Assembly (NCBI GenBank): GCA_029907355.1
Contig: JARYLZ010000001.1
Span: 64,522 to 128,521, forward strand
Length of the DNA stretch: 64,000 nt
Reading direction: 5' to 3'
From: Bacteroidota bacterium
GTDB taxonomy: Bacteria; Bacteroidota; Ignavibacteria; SZUA-365
In this document: piece by piece, positions 1 through 9,309 of the stretch
Numbering within the stretch: position 1 is the stretch's first letter
How the letters are laid out: the number at the start of each line of letters is the position of its first letter
Made by a program: the position numbers and the translations under genes
Notes under the pieces: generated by a model
Databases searched by the model: none
What the model saw: the letters and a program-made list of their open reading frames with translations, nothing else
Told to the model about the DNA's origin: nothing

Positions 1-2
1 GG

Positions 3-842
3 GGAGTCTTCGTCGAACCAGACGACCTCGTGGGGCTTAAAGTCAATCCCGTCGCTGGCAAGGAACTCTCGACCAGTCTTGAATTGACGCGCGCTGTGAT
101 TCGGCAGCTTGAGGTTGCGGGGATCCCGCGGGAGCGTATTGTCATTTGGGATCGTCGGGAATTCGAGTTGAAAGAGACGGGCTTCACCGCGGAAAACTTT
201 CCTGGTATTAGGATCGTCGGCACGGAGTGGAAGAACGAAAAGGATTCTTTCTTCGACGAAGATGGTCTTCCACTCGGTAGACAGCGAATAGACGAAAACT
301 GGTACTATTGGGCTGATTGCGAAGAGAAATACGACAACGAAACGTTGCCGTACATGGTCAATGAAGGGAAATATTCGTACTTCAGCTCTATCGTAACGAA
401 AGAAATGACGAAAATCATCAACATCCCGATCCTGAAAAATGCCGGTCCGACAGTCACGTTATGTTTGAAAAACCTCGCCTATGGCTCCATTACGAACACG
501 GGCCGACTGCATCGGCAACTCTGGGCGGAGACCTGTGCACAGGTCCCCTGTTTTCCCCCCTTGCGGGACAAAGTCGTCCTGAATATTGTCGACGGTATTG
601 TCGGATGCTACGAAGGGGGACCAGGTGCGAATCCCCAGTTCATCGTCCCTTTCAACACCCTACTCGTCGGGACAGACCCGGTGGCCGTGGATCGCATTGG
701 TTATGATATCGTCCTTCGGAAACGCCTCGAGATGAAAGTCCAGAAAAAGGAATCCCCTCGAGGGACAGCCTTCCTGGCCCTCGCAGAAACATACAACATC
801 GGTATAGGGGATCCGGAGAAAATTGATCTTCGAAAGGTATGA
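3..842 (+). CDS. DUF362-like protein, 5' end truncated by window edge
   Basis: The ORF is in frame from the window start. LKNLAYG....H and DGIVGCYEGGPG resemble the LKNLxG and D.i.a.EG.GP signatures of DUF362 proteins. Its stop overlaps the start of the next gene (ATGA). Confidence 0.5.
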   Translation, partial: GVFVEPDDLVGLKVNPVAGKELSTSLELTRAVIRQLEVAGIPRERIVIWDRREFELKETGFTAENFPGIRIVGTEWKNEKDSFFDEDGLPLGRQRIDENWYYWADCEEKYDNETLPYMVNEGKYSYFSSIVTKEMTKIINIPILKNAGPTVTLCLKNLAYGSITNTGRLHRQLWAETCAQVPCFPPLRDKVVLNIVDGIVGCYEGGPGANPQFIVPFNTLLVGTDPVAVDRIGYDIVLRKRLEMKVQKKESPRGTAFLALAETYNIGIGDPEKIDLRKV

Positions 843-1729
843 CCTTGAGAAGACGTACATTCGTCTTCCTTGCCTCGTTCGTCGTGATCGCCTTCTCCAG
901 CGCTTCTGCCCAAGAGCGGACGATCCTTGCAGGCTCCGACATACCCGGCTGGCGCATGGTTGAAACGGGTTTCTACGAGGGGAAAGAGCTTTTCGGGTAC
1001 ATCGACGGGGGGGCGGAACTTTACCTCGAATTCGGGTTCGAACGTGCGGAGGTGCAGAGGTGGGTCTTTGGGGGAGCAGAACTCCGCATCGAAGCCTATA
1101 AAATGATGACGAGGGAAGCGGCGTTCGGTATCGCTTCCCTCTCTCATGTACCTGAGGCCATTCCCTCAGAACTGTGGCGATGGTCATGGACCGGTCCCCG
1201 CCAGGTCCTCTTCGCCAAGGGCGAGTGGTTCGTCACCGCCGCTCTATCCGGTACCGTGCTTCCAAACGATTCGACAGTCCTTCATGATGCGATTCGCGCA
1301 CTCCTGAAGAGAATCCCCGGAAAGGAAATGGACCCTCCGCCCATGTTCCAAAAATCCGCGTTGAGACCTTACGAGGCGAGGCTTCGCTTTGTGTGCGGTC
1401 CCGTAGGTCTTCAAACGGCGGCTCCCGAATGGGGCGAAGTGTTCGCAAACTTCAAGAACTTCACCCTTTACATCCTTGACTTCCCTGGACGCTACGGGAC
1501 ATGCACGGTGCTCATGGCCACGTTCCCCCTCGCGGAACATGCAACGAACTTCGTGAAAAAAATCGGGGTTCGGACCCCCTCTAGAGCTTTCAAGGATTGG
1601 GAAATTCTCACTAGTGGGAAAAAGAACACGGGGGTTCGCCTGCTTTTCGGGACGATTGCCGTTGTCGTCGAGGCGGACGGACCCTCGTCATGGTTCCGCT
1701 CATTCTTGAACGATCTCGCGCTTCGATGA
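839..1729 (+). CDS. hypothetical secreted protein
   Basis: 296-aa ORF with an N-terminal signal peptide (LASFVVIAFSSASAQE). It overlaps the upstream gene by 4 nt. I recognise no known domain. Confidence 0.6.
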   Translation: MTLRRRTFVFLASFVVIAFSSASAQERTILAGSDIPGWRMVETGFYEGKELFGYIDGGAELYLEFGFERAEVQRWVFGGAELRIEAYKMMTREAAFGIASLSHVPEAIPSELWRWSWTGPRQVLFAKGEWFVTAALSGTVLPNDSTVLHDAIRALLKRIPGKEMDPPPMFQKSALRPYEARLRFVCGPVGLQTAAPEWGEVFANFKNFTLYILDFPGRYGTCTVLMATFPLAEHATNFVKKIGVRTPSRAFKDWEILTSGKKNTGVRLLFGTIAVVVEADGPSSWFRSFLNDLALR

Positions 1730-1992
1730 ACTCGGCTTGAGCGGGCCGGTAATGCCGACGTGTCCAATGCGACACCTCTGAGCGAGGGAAATGCCTTTGG
1801 GGCTCATTCCCGAATCTTTTCCATCGGGAGAAGAAAGCCCTTCATCCTCATCGGAACGAGGGGGCCACGAGGTGGAAAAACGTCCTGGAAACAATTGCGT
1901 GGCGTCCCCCTTCGTTCTCGGGAAGAGAGGGAAACGTGCGATGGAATTCATTGTCGATGATTGAAACCCATGAGATTTTGGCGGTATATTAG

Positions 1993-3825
1993 ATGTCTAT
2001 GATGAGCATGATTCATTCCGACCGACAGAAACGCACGCGGAATTTCTGCATCATCGCGCATATCGATCACGGGAAATCGACCCTTGCGGATCGGCTCCTC
2101 GAATTGACAGGTACGATCACGAAACGCGATCTCGTGGTAAACCAAGTGCTTGACGACATGGATCTCGAGCAGGAGCGCGGGATCACGATCAAACTCCATG
2201 CTATCCAGATGAAATACACCCATGAGGATGGTCTCGAATATACGCTGAACTTGATAGACACCCCGGGTCATGTCGACTTTAGCTACGAGGTATCTCGCTC
2301 CCTCCAGGCTTGTGAAGGGGCGATCCTCGTTGTCGATGCTACACAGGGCATCGAGGCGCAAACGATCAGCAACCTCTACCTCGCTATTGACGCTGGTCTC
2401 GAAATCATTCCCGTTGTGAATAAAATCGACTTGTCGAGCGCGATGATCGAGACCGTCAGCCGCAGTATCGTGGATCTTGTCGGGTGCAAGGAACAAGACG
2501 TTATTCCGGCGAGCGCGAAATCCGGTGTCGGCGTCCCGGAAATCCTCGAGGCGGTGATCGAACGCATTCCACCACCACAGGGGAATCCTGAAGCACCATT
2601 GCAAGCGTTGATCTTCGACTCGGTATTCGATCCATACCGTGGCGCCGTCGCGTACATCCGTGTCGTTCAAGGCTCTCTTCGAGAAGGCGATCGCATCCGC
2701 TTCATGGCGACCGGCAAGGAATTCGAGGCTGAAGAAGTCGGTATTCTTCAAATGAAAAGGAAACGAACCGGCTCCCTGGCTGCGGGGGACGTCGGGTACC
2801 TCATTGCAGGTGTCAAGGATGTTGCCGACACCCATGTGGGCGATACCATCACACACGCGACCCGACCGGCAGAGAAACCCCTCCCCGGCTATAAAGTGGT
2901 GAAACCCATGGTCTTCAGCGGCCTGTATCCTACACTGAGCGAGCAATTCGAGGAACTACGGGACGCGCTCGCGAAACTCCGCTTGAACGATGCATCCATC
3001 GTTTTCGAACCGGAATCCTCAGCAGCTCTAGGGTTTGGCTTCCGGTGCGGCTTCCTCGGTCTTCTCCATATGGAAATTGTCCAGGAACGACTTGAACGCG
3101 AATTCGGGCAGACCATTATCAACACAGTCCCCAACGTCGAGTATATCGTCGTCCTGCGCAATTCGATGGAACGCCTTGTCATCGACAACCCCACCTTGAT
3201 GCCTGACCCCGGGAAAATAGATCATATCGAGGAACCGTTCATATCGGCTCAGATCATCACGCCCGCTGAATATCTCGGTAACATCATGAAACTTTGCATG
3301 GACCGCCGTGGTATTTACATAAACACCACCTACCTCGACCCGACGCGGGCAGATGTACGGTATGAACTCCCCCTTGCCGAAGTGATTTTCGATTTCTATG
3401 ACAAGCTCAAATCCGTGTCTCGCGGTTATGCATCCCTCGATTACGAGTTCAAGGATTATCGGCCTTCCGACCTCGTGAAACTCGATATCCTCATCAACGG
3501 CGAAATGGTAGACGCCCTCTCCTGTATCATTCACCGCTCGAAAGCCTATGACTGGGGACGAAAACTGTGCGCGAAGCTCAAACAGCTCATCCCCCGCCAG
3601 CTGTTCGAGGTCGTTATCCAGGCTGCCATCGGGAGTAAGGTCATCGCGAGAGATGTTGTTAAACCATTGCGGAAAAACGTCACTGCGAAATGCTACGGTG
3701 GTGACATCACACGGAAAAGAAAACTGCTCGAGAAACAGAAGGAAGGTAAACGCCGAATGAAACAAGTAGGGAGTGTGGAAATCCCCCAGGAAGCGTTCCT
3801 TGCCGTTCTCTCCATGGAACAGTAA
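1993..3825 (+). CDS. lepA: elongation factor 4 (translational GTPase LepA)
   Basis: N-terminus [22 protein letters not shown] matches LepA/EF4. GTPase motifs DTPGHVDF and NKID are present. The C-terminal [22 protein letters not shown] is typical of LepA. Confidence 0.95.
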   Translation: MSMMSMIHSDRQKRTRNFCIIAHIDHGKSTLADRLLELTGTITKRDLVVNQVLDDMDLEQERGITIKLHAIQMKYTHEDGLEYTLNLIDTPGHVDFSYEVSRSLQACEGAILVVDATQGIEAQTISNLYLAIDAGLEIIPVVNKIDLSSAMIETVSRSIVDLVGCKEQDVIPASAKSGVGVPEILEAVIERIPPPQGNPEAPLQALIFDSVFDPYRGAVAYIRVVQGSLREGDRIRFMATGKEFEAEEVGILQMKRKRTGSLAAGDVGYLIAGVKDVADTHVGDTITHATRPAEKPLPGYKVVKPMVFSGLYPTLSEQFEELRDALAKLRLNDASIVFEPESSAALGFGFRCGFLGLLHMEIVQERLEREFGQTIINTVPNVEYIVVLRNSMERLVIDNPTLMPDPGKIDHIEEPFISAQIITPAEYLGNIMKLCMDRRGIYINTTYLDPTRADVRYELPLAEVIFDFYDKLKSVSRGYASLDYEFKDYRPSDLVKLDILINGEMVDALSCIIHRSKAYDWGRKLCAKLKQLIPRQLFEVVIQAAIGSKVIARDVVKPLRKNVTAKCYGGDITRKRKLLEKQKEGKRRMKQVGSVEIPQEAFLAVLSMEQ

Positions 3826-3972
3826 TCGCCGTATCCCTCATGGCTCTCATCGACGCCTACAGGCTCTTTTCATCGTTCATTCCGTTTCGATTCGCTCTGA
3901 TCCCGAAACCCCACTTCCGCTGAACTCGAGCACAGCCTCTAACGAACCCACCACCCCGGAGAGGATATCTTC

Positions 3973-4902
3973 ATGGTAAACAGCAAGGAGCGGAAACCAC
4001 AACGTGACCGCAGCAAGAAGAAAGCTCCGCCTCCCCCCCTGGGGAAGCGGGTTTACGAGTTCTTCAAGAGCATCACGATCGCCCTTCTCGCCGTCATCGT
4101 CCTGAACAGCTTCGTTGTCCAGTCCTTCCAGGTCCCTACTGGATCGATGGAGAATACGGTCTTGGCTGGCGAATTGCTTTTCGTCAACAAGTTCATATAC
4201 GGCGGTTCCACTCCGCAAGCTGTTCCGATCATCGGCCTCCTCACAGGGAAAGAAATCGAAATTCCGTACTTCAGGGTTCCGGGGTTCCGCAGCCCGAGGA
4301 GGGGCGATGTAATCGTGTTCATCTTCCCCGGCATGCGCGATGAGGTCAAGTCCCCGCTGTTCCAATACTACCTCAAGCGTTGTGTCGCTGTCTCCCACGA
4401 TACCATCCTCATCGTGAAGAAGCGCCTCTTCATCAACGGTTCACCATTCCCCGACCCGCCGGGCGTCCAGTACGTAGAACCGCTTATCGAACAGTCGGAC
4501 CCGCAAATTTTCCCACCCGGCAAACCTTGGAACCGCGACAACTATGGTCCCCTCGTGGTACCTGCGAAAGGTGATGTCATTCATCTCGATAGGAACAATA
4601 TCGGCGAATGGATCACATTTATCCGACGGGAAGGACATACCGTCGAGATAGCAGGGAACACGATCCTCCTGGACGGCAAAGCCTCATCGGAGTATGTGGT
4701 CAAACGTGATTATGTGTTCGGGATGGGGGATAACCGTGACGTCTCCCTCGATAGCCGTTTCTGGGGATTCATCCCGAAGGATTACGTTATCGGGACACCG
4801 ATGATCGTGTACATGTCGTGGAATCCTTCTATTCCCATCTGGAATTTGATCAAGAAATTAGGATCGATACGATTTGATCGTATCGCAACGATAATCCATT
4901 GA
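3973..4902 (+). CDS. lepB: signal peptidase I (S26 family)
   Basis: It has an N-terminal TM anchor. GSMENT carries the catalytic Ser, and GDNRDVSLDSRFWG is box E. A GAGAGG RBS lies upstream. The gene sits immediately downstream of lepA, which is the classic arrangement. Confidence 0.9.
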   Translation: MVNSKERKPQRDRSKKKAPPPPLGKRVYEFFKSITIALLAVIVLNSFVVQSFQVPTGSMENTVLAGELLFVNKFIYGGSTPQAVPIIGLLTGKEIEIPYFRVPGFRSPRRGDVIVFIFPGMRDEVKSPLFQYYLKRCVAVSHDTILIVKKRLFINGSPFPDPPGVQYVEPLIEQSDPQIFPPGKPWNRDNYGPLVVPAKGDVIHLDRNNIGEWITFIRREGHTVEIAGNTILLDGKASSEYVVKRDYVFGMGDNRDVSLDSRFWGFIPKDYVIGTPMIVYMSWNPSIPIWNLIKKLGSIRFDRIATIIH

Positions 4903-5876
4903 CGATGACAGAAGACGAAGGTAGCTTTCCCCATCCTCCCGACAGCGGTTCCGACGACTCGAAGGAATCGTCCTCCCTTCAACGATCGGAGCAAAAGAAA
5001 GAATCCGGAAAAATATCAAACCGATTTCTGTCGCGTCGATATCTGCGAACGACGCTCTGGGCTGGGGGGCTGGCCCTATTTGTGAAGATTTTCATCTTCG
5101 AGGCGTATGGAGTCCCCTCGAGCTCTATGGAAAATACTCTTCTCGTCGGGGACTGCTTTTTCGTCGATAAGTTCTCATACGGGGCGACCACCCCTCGAAC
5201 CATTCCCCTGACACATATCCGCATCCCGCACCGACAGATACTGCCGGCCCTCAGATCACCTTCACGCAACGATGTCATCGTGTTCGAGTCCACTTCCACA
5301 AATGCAACGGAAGAGGATGCTCGTCCGATGTATTACGTGAAACGTTGCATAGCTTTACCGGGCGATACTGTGGAGATCGCCGGGAAACAGGTCTTCATCA
5401 ATAGAGTCCCTCGGCGGGAAGTCGCGTCATGCGTTTTCTCCGCATTCACACTCCCACGTGGGAACAGGGAAGAGGGGATATTCCCGAAGGGGTTCCCCTA
5501 CAACCGCGATTGGTGGGGACCGCGCGTGGTCCCCTACCAGGGGATGAAGATCAAATTGACTCTCGAGAATATCGATGAGTGGAGATCGTTCATCGAAAGG
5601 GAAGGGCACTCGATTCGTTTTACCCTCGACGGGCGCATTGAAATAAGTGGCGTCCAAGGGTCTGTGTACACCGTCGAGCGTGACTACTATTTCGTTCTTG
5701 GGGATAACCGCGACAACAGTCAGGACAGCCGTTATCGAGGGTATATCGCGCACGGGGACATTATCGGTCGAGCCATGTTCCTCTATTGGTCTTGGGACAA
5801 CAGAATTCGGTTTACGCGTCCCTTCGCATTACTATCCTCCATTCGCTGGGACCGAATCGGCATGGCTGTCCGTTGA
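4899..5876 (+). CDS. lepB: signal peptidase I paralogue (S26 family)
   Basis: SSSMENTLLVGD and GDNRDNSQDSRYRGYI motifs are present. Its start overlaps the previous lepB stop (ATGA), so the two are tandem paralogues. Confidence 0.9.
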   Translation: MTMTEDEGSFPHPPDSGSDDSKESSSLQRSEQKKESGKISNRFLSRRYLRTTLWAGGLALFVKIFIFEAYGVPSSSMENTLLVGDCFFVDKFSYGATTPRTIPLTHIRIPHRQILPALRSPSRNDVIVFESTSTNATEEDARPMYYVKRCIALPGDTVEIAGKQVFINRVPRREVASCVFSAFTLPRGNREEGIFPKGFPYNRDWWGPRVVPYQGMKIKLTLENIDEWRSFIEREGHSIRFTLDGRIEISGVQGSVYTVERDYYFVLGDNRDNSQDSRYRGYIAHGDIIGRAMFLYWSWDNRIRFTRPFALLSSIRWDRIGMAVR

Positions 5877-5879
5877 ACA

Positions 5880-7001
5880 ATGGCCGGTATATATATTCAT
5901 ATTCCTTTCTGCACGCGGAAGTGCGCGTATTGCGATTTCGTGTCGGTCCGTCCTGACGGGTTGAAATCCCCATATCTCGATGCCCTTGTCCGGGAGATAC
6001 GGCTCCGCTCGGAAATGTTCGCGGGCTCCCTCATCCATACGATTTACTTCGGCGGTGGGACACCGTCCCTCCTCGAGCCATCCGAACTCGAATATATCGC
6101 CGATGCACTTGTCCGGAATTACCGACTCTCAAGCGACATCGAGTGGACAATTGAATGCAACCCCGGGACCATCGATGCAGGCGCGCTCCGTGCATACCGG
6201 GACATCGGCTTCAATCGGCTGAGCATAGGCGTTCAATCGTTTTTCGATGAAGACCTTGTCTTTCTGACGAGAATGCACGATGGCAGAGAGGCTCTCGAGG
6301 CGATTGAGGCGGCAAGTACCGCAGGGTTCAAGAATATCGGTATCGATCTCATGTTTCGCATCCCGGGGCAACCTCTCGAAAGGTGGCAAGCCAATCTCGA
6401 GCGTGCGGTGTCGTTGCGTCTTCCCCATATTTCCTGTTACTCTCTTACGACCGAGTCAAGGACACCTCTTGTGCAATGGATCGAAAGCGGAGAAGTCATG
6501 TTGCCGTCAGAAGAAGAAGATGCGCATCTTTACACCCTCGCGTACCGATTTCTCACCGGCAGAGGCTATCAGCGATACGAAATATCGAACTTTGCCCAAC
6601 CGGGGTTCGAGTGTAGACACAATATCTCGTACTGGGATCACGAACCATATGGGGGATTCGGTCCATCGGCCCACAGTTACTTTGAAGGGAGCAGAAGTTG
6701 GAATACCACCGACGTTTCAGAATACATCCGCCTTCTCGCAGCGGGGACGCTGCCATCACAAGGGAGTGAGACACTCTCTTCGGCAGCGCTGAGGACGGAA
6801 CACATCTTTCTCTCCCTCCGCACTCGCGGTATCGATCTCGATGCGTTTCAAAAAAAATTCGACGGAGACTTCCTCGAGGAAAACGCTTCGACCATCGAGC
6901 GTCTGATGCATGCAGGATTCATCGAAATCTCGGAGCGGTTCGTGCGACTTACTTTACGAGGGATGCTCCTCTGTGACGAAATCTGCTCGGAGTTGAGATG
7001 A
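5880..7001 (+). CDS. hemW: radical SAM heme chaperone HemW / HemN-like
   Basis: The CxxxCxxC motif (CTRKCAYC) sits at the N-terminus, as in radical SAM HemN/HemW. At 373 aa it fits HemW rather than full-length HemN. It is downstream of lepA/lepB, as in many bacteria. Confidence 0.85.
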   Translation: MAGIYIHIPFCTRKCAYCDFVSVRPDGLKSPYLDALVREIRLRSEMFAGSLIHTIYFGGGTPSLLEPSELEYIADALVRNYRLSSDIEWTIECNPGTIDAGALRAYRDIGFNRLSIGVQSFFDEDLVFLTRMHDGREALEAIEAASTAGFKNIGIDLMFRIPGQPLERWQANLERAVSLRLPHISCYSLTTESRTPLVQWIESGEVMLPSEEEDAHLYTLAYRFLTGRGYQRYEISNFAQPGFECRHNISYWDHEPYGGFGPSAHSYFEGSRSWNTTDVSEYIRLLAAGTLPSQGSETLSSAALRTEHIFLSLRTRGIDLDAFQKKFDGDFLEENASTIERLMHAGFIEISERFVRLTLRGMLLCDEICSELR

Positions 7002-8023
7002 GGAATTTCCTCCGGCTGCACCCGAGGGTCCGCTTCCCCCTCCCGTTCGGCAGCTACGATGTACTTACAGGGCGCCGCCTTATCTGTCCGGTTTATCACG
7101 TTGTTTCCGATGAGCCGCTCCCGCATATCGAATATCTGTACCGTTATCGCGGGATCCGCCTCTTCGAGGATGATCTTGACTTCATGTTGCGGTTCTTTGA
7201 GCCGATCGACGCGCAAACACTTTACCACTTGATCATGAACGGGGAGAACCCGCATCGGAACATGCTCTTTCTTTCTTTCGACGACGGTTTCCGAGAAGTG
7301 TACGAAATCGCAGCACCGATTCTCCATAGGAAAGGTGTACCTGCAACGCTCTTTATCACGACTTCCCTTCTCGATAACCGCTCGATGATGTACCGGCACA
7401 AAGCAAGCCTTTTAATCGGATTGTTGAACGAGGGGAACTTTTCCGCGGCGTGTAAAGAGGAAATACGGAAATTCCTTGCATCCGCTGGTGTGAAAGGGAG
7501 TGAAAAAACGACAGACCTTCGGCTGGTTCCGTATTCAAAATCCGCTGTTCTCGATGCGATTGCCGAAATACTCGAATTCGATTTCTCCTTGTACCTCCGG
7601 GAACACAGGCCTTACCTCGAGACCGGACAAGTCCAGGAACTCCAAGCAAAAGGGTTCACCGTTGGCTCACACTCCGTGGATCACCCCGAGTTTTCAGCCA
7701 TTGAACCTTTTGAACGAATCAGACAGATGGTGGAAAGCCTCACTGAGATACAGAACCGCTTCTCCCCCCCTCTTCGCCTTTTCTCATTCCCCTTCACTGA
7801 TCACGGTGTACCGAAAACGTTCTTCGAGACGATCTTCCGCAGCGGGGATTCACTCGTAGATCTCACGTTCGGGTGTGCCGGATTGAAACGCGACAGCATC
7901 CGCCGGAACATTCAACGCATCCCCATGGAGAGCTGTACACTCCAGGCCAGGGATATTCTCACTGCGGAATACACGGCTTCCATTATCCGAGCTATGGTGG
8001 GAAAAGATTGCATTCGGAGGTGA
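6998..8023 (+). CDS. polysaccharide deacetylase (NodB homology, CE4)
   Basis: FLSFDDGFREVYEIAAPILHRKGVPATLFI and GSHSVDHPEF are NodB motifs carrying the Asp-Asp and His-x-x-x-x-His signatures. The gene overlaps the hemW stop by 4 nt. Confidence 0.8.
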   Translation: MRNFLRLHPRVRFPLPFGSYDVLTGRRLICPVYHVVSDEPLPHIEYLYRYRGIRLFEDDLDFMLRFFEPIDAQTLYHLIMNGENPHRNMLFLSFDDGFREVYEIAAPILHRKGVPATLFITTSLLDNRSMMYRHKASLLIGLLNEGNFSAACKEEIRKFLASAGVKGSEKTTDLRLVPYSKSAVLDAIAEILEFDFSLYLREHRPYLETGQVQELQAKGFTVGSHSVDHPEFSAIEPFERIRQMVESLTEIQNRFSPPLRLFSFPFTDHGVPKTFFETIFRSGDSLVDLTFGCAGLKRDSIRRNIQRIPMESCTLQARDILTAEYTASIIRAMVGKDCIRR

Positions 8024-8025
8024 TC

Positions 8026-9120
8026 GTGGATATCGTCTCGTACACAAAATCTTCCCTCGCCGAATTTCTTCGTTCCGAGCTCTTCCAATCGCTCGAGAAT
8101 ATCCCCATCAACCCTAAACGGGGCTTAGCCCACGTGATGAACCCGCGGGCTGCTGAGGGGGATACCCTTCTTATCGCCGCCTACCACGAGAGAAACTTGG
8201 TCGGGTATCTCGGGATTCTTCCGGACCTCGCGCATTCTACATCCCCACCGACGGCCGTTGGTTGGATGACATGCCTTTGGGTCAAGGAGTCCTCGCGCGG
8301 AAGAAAACTAGCATGGGAACTCCTCCAACATGCCGTGAACGCGTGGAATGGTCGCCTGTGCGTTACGAGGATGGTTCCCTGGCTCGAAACGGTCTTCCAA
8401 CGCCTTGGTATTTTCCACCCGACAATGAGAAAAAAGGGACTTCGGGCATACCTGCGCATGCCGCTCGCAATGGTCCTTCCTCCGCGCCGCAAACTCTTCT
8501 ATTCGGTCAGACCTTTGCTCCATGCGTTCGATTGCTGCGTGAATACGATTCACGATCCGCTCGTACGTATTTGGAAACCGCCCTGTCCGCAGGGATTGAC
8601 GTGGGAAGTCGTCGGGACAATACCGGAAGATGCAGTAGATTTCATCGAAAGGATGAATTGCGGAGAGTGGACGCGTCGAGGTCGCGAGGAATTTGATTGG
8701 ATCCTTCGTTACCCCTGGGTTGTGGAAGCACCGGCGGATCACGACGACACGAGACGGTACTACTTCTCCTCTCGATGCAAACGATTCTTTCTCCGGTGCC
8801 TCTGTGTACGGGACAAGGGAGATACGCTCAAGGCATTCGCCCTCGTACAGGTACGAAATTCCGCAATGACCGTCCCATATGTGTACGCGTATGAAGATGC
8901 GTTCGAAACCCTTGCACACGGACTTTTCTCGATGATGCAGAGCTACACCATCGATACTCTCACCTCCTGCCACCCTAAGCTATCGGTCGCGGTGGATAAG
9001 CTACGCGTACCCTTCATACACAAACGGGCAACGACGCGGGTATTCCTCTTCCCCAAATGTCTCCCCGCTCCCCACGAAGATGAAATTCAAGACGGTGACG
9101 GAGATGGGGTCTTCACGTAA
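8026..9120 (+). CDS. hypothetical protein, possible GNAT-like acyltransferase fold
   Basis: The ORF track starts it at 7873, inside the previous gene. GTG at 8026 has a GGAGG 6 nt upstream, right after the deacetylase stop, so I prefer that start. The region LIAAYHERNLVGYLGILP...SRGRKLAWELL weakly resembles the GNAT motif A. Confidence 0.5.
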   Translation: MDIVSYTKSSLAEFLRSELFQSLENIPINPKRGLAHVMNPRAAEGDTLLIAAYHERNLVGYLGILPDLAHSTSPPTAVGWMTCLWVKESSRGRKLAWELLQHAVNAWNGRLCVTRMVPWLETVFQRLGIFHPTMRKKGLRAYLRMPLAMVLPPRRKLFYSVRPLLHAFDCCVNTIHDPLVRIWKPPCPQGLTWEVVGTIPEDAVDFIERMNCGEWTRRGREEFDWILRYPWVVEAPADHDDTRRYYFSSRCKRFFLRCLCVRDKGDTLKAFALVQVRNSAMTVPYVYAYEDAFETLAHGLFSMMQSYTIDTLTSCHPKLSVAVDKLRVPFIHKRATTRVFLFPKCLPAPHEDEIQDGDGDGVFT

Positions 9121-9309
9121 CGCCATGTGGCCTTGTTCTGTCCATCATCCTTGATCCGATGGCGGGGTGAGAGCAGCAGAAACGATTGCACGCGATCTCC
9201 CCGCTGAATCGAGAAAAGAACACCGTGGCTGTCTAGGAGAAACGGGACTGCAGACATGGAGGAGAACCGTCTTGCAGCAAAGCTGTTTTTCAATCCCGAG
9301 AGGAATACG

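Noticed and set aside
1948-3765. Long minus-strand ORFs (332 aa and 245 aa) inside lepA
   Set aside because: They are antisense to a high-confidence conserved gene and have no protein-like motifs. They are typical GC-bias shadow ORFs.
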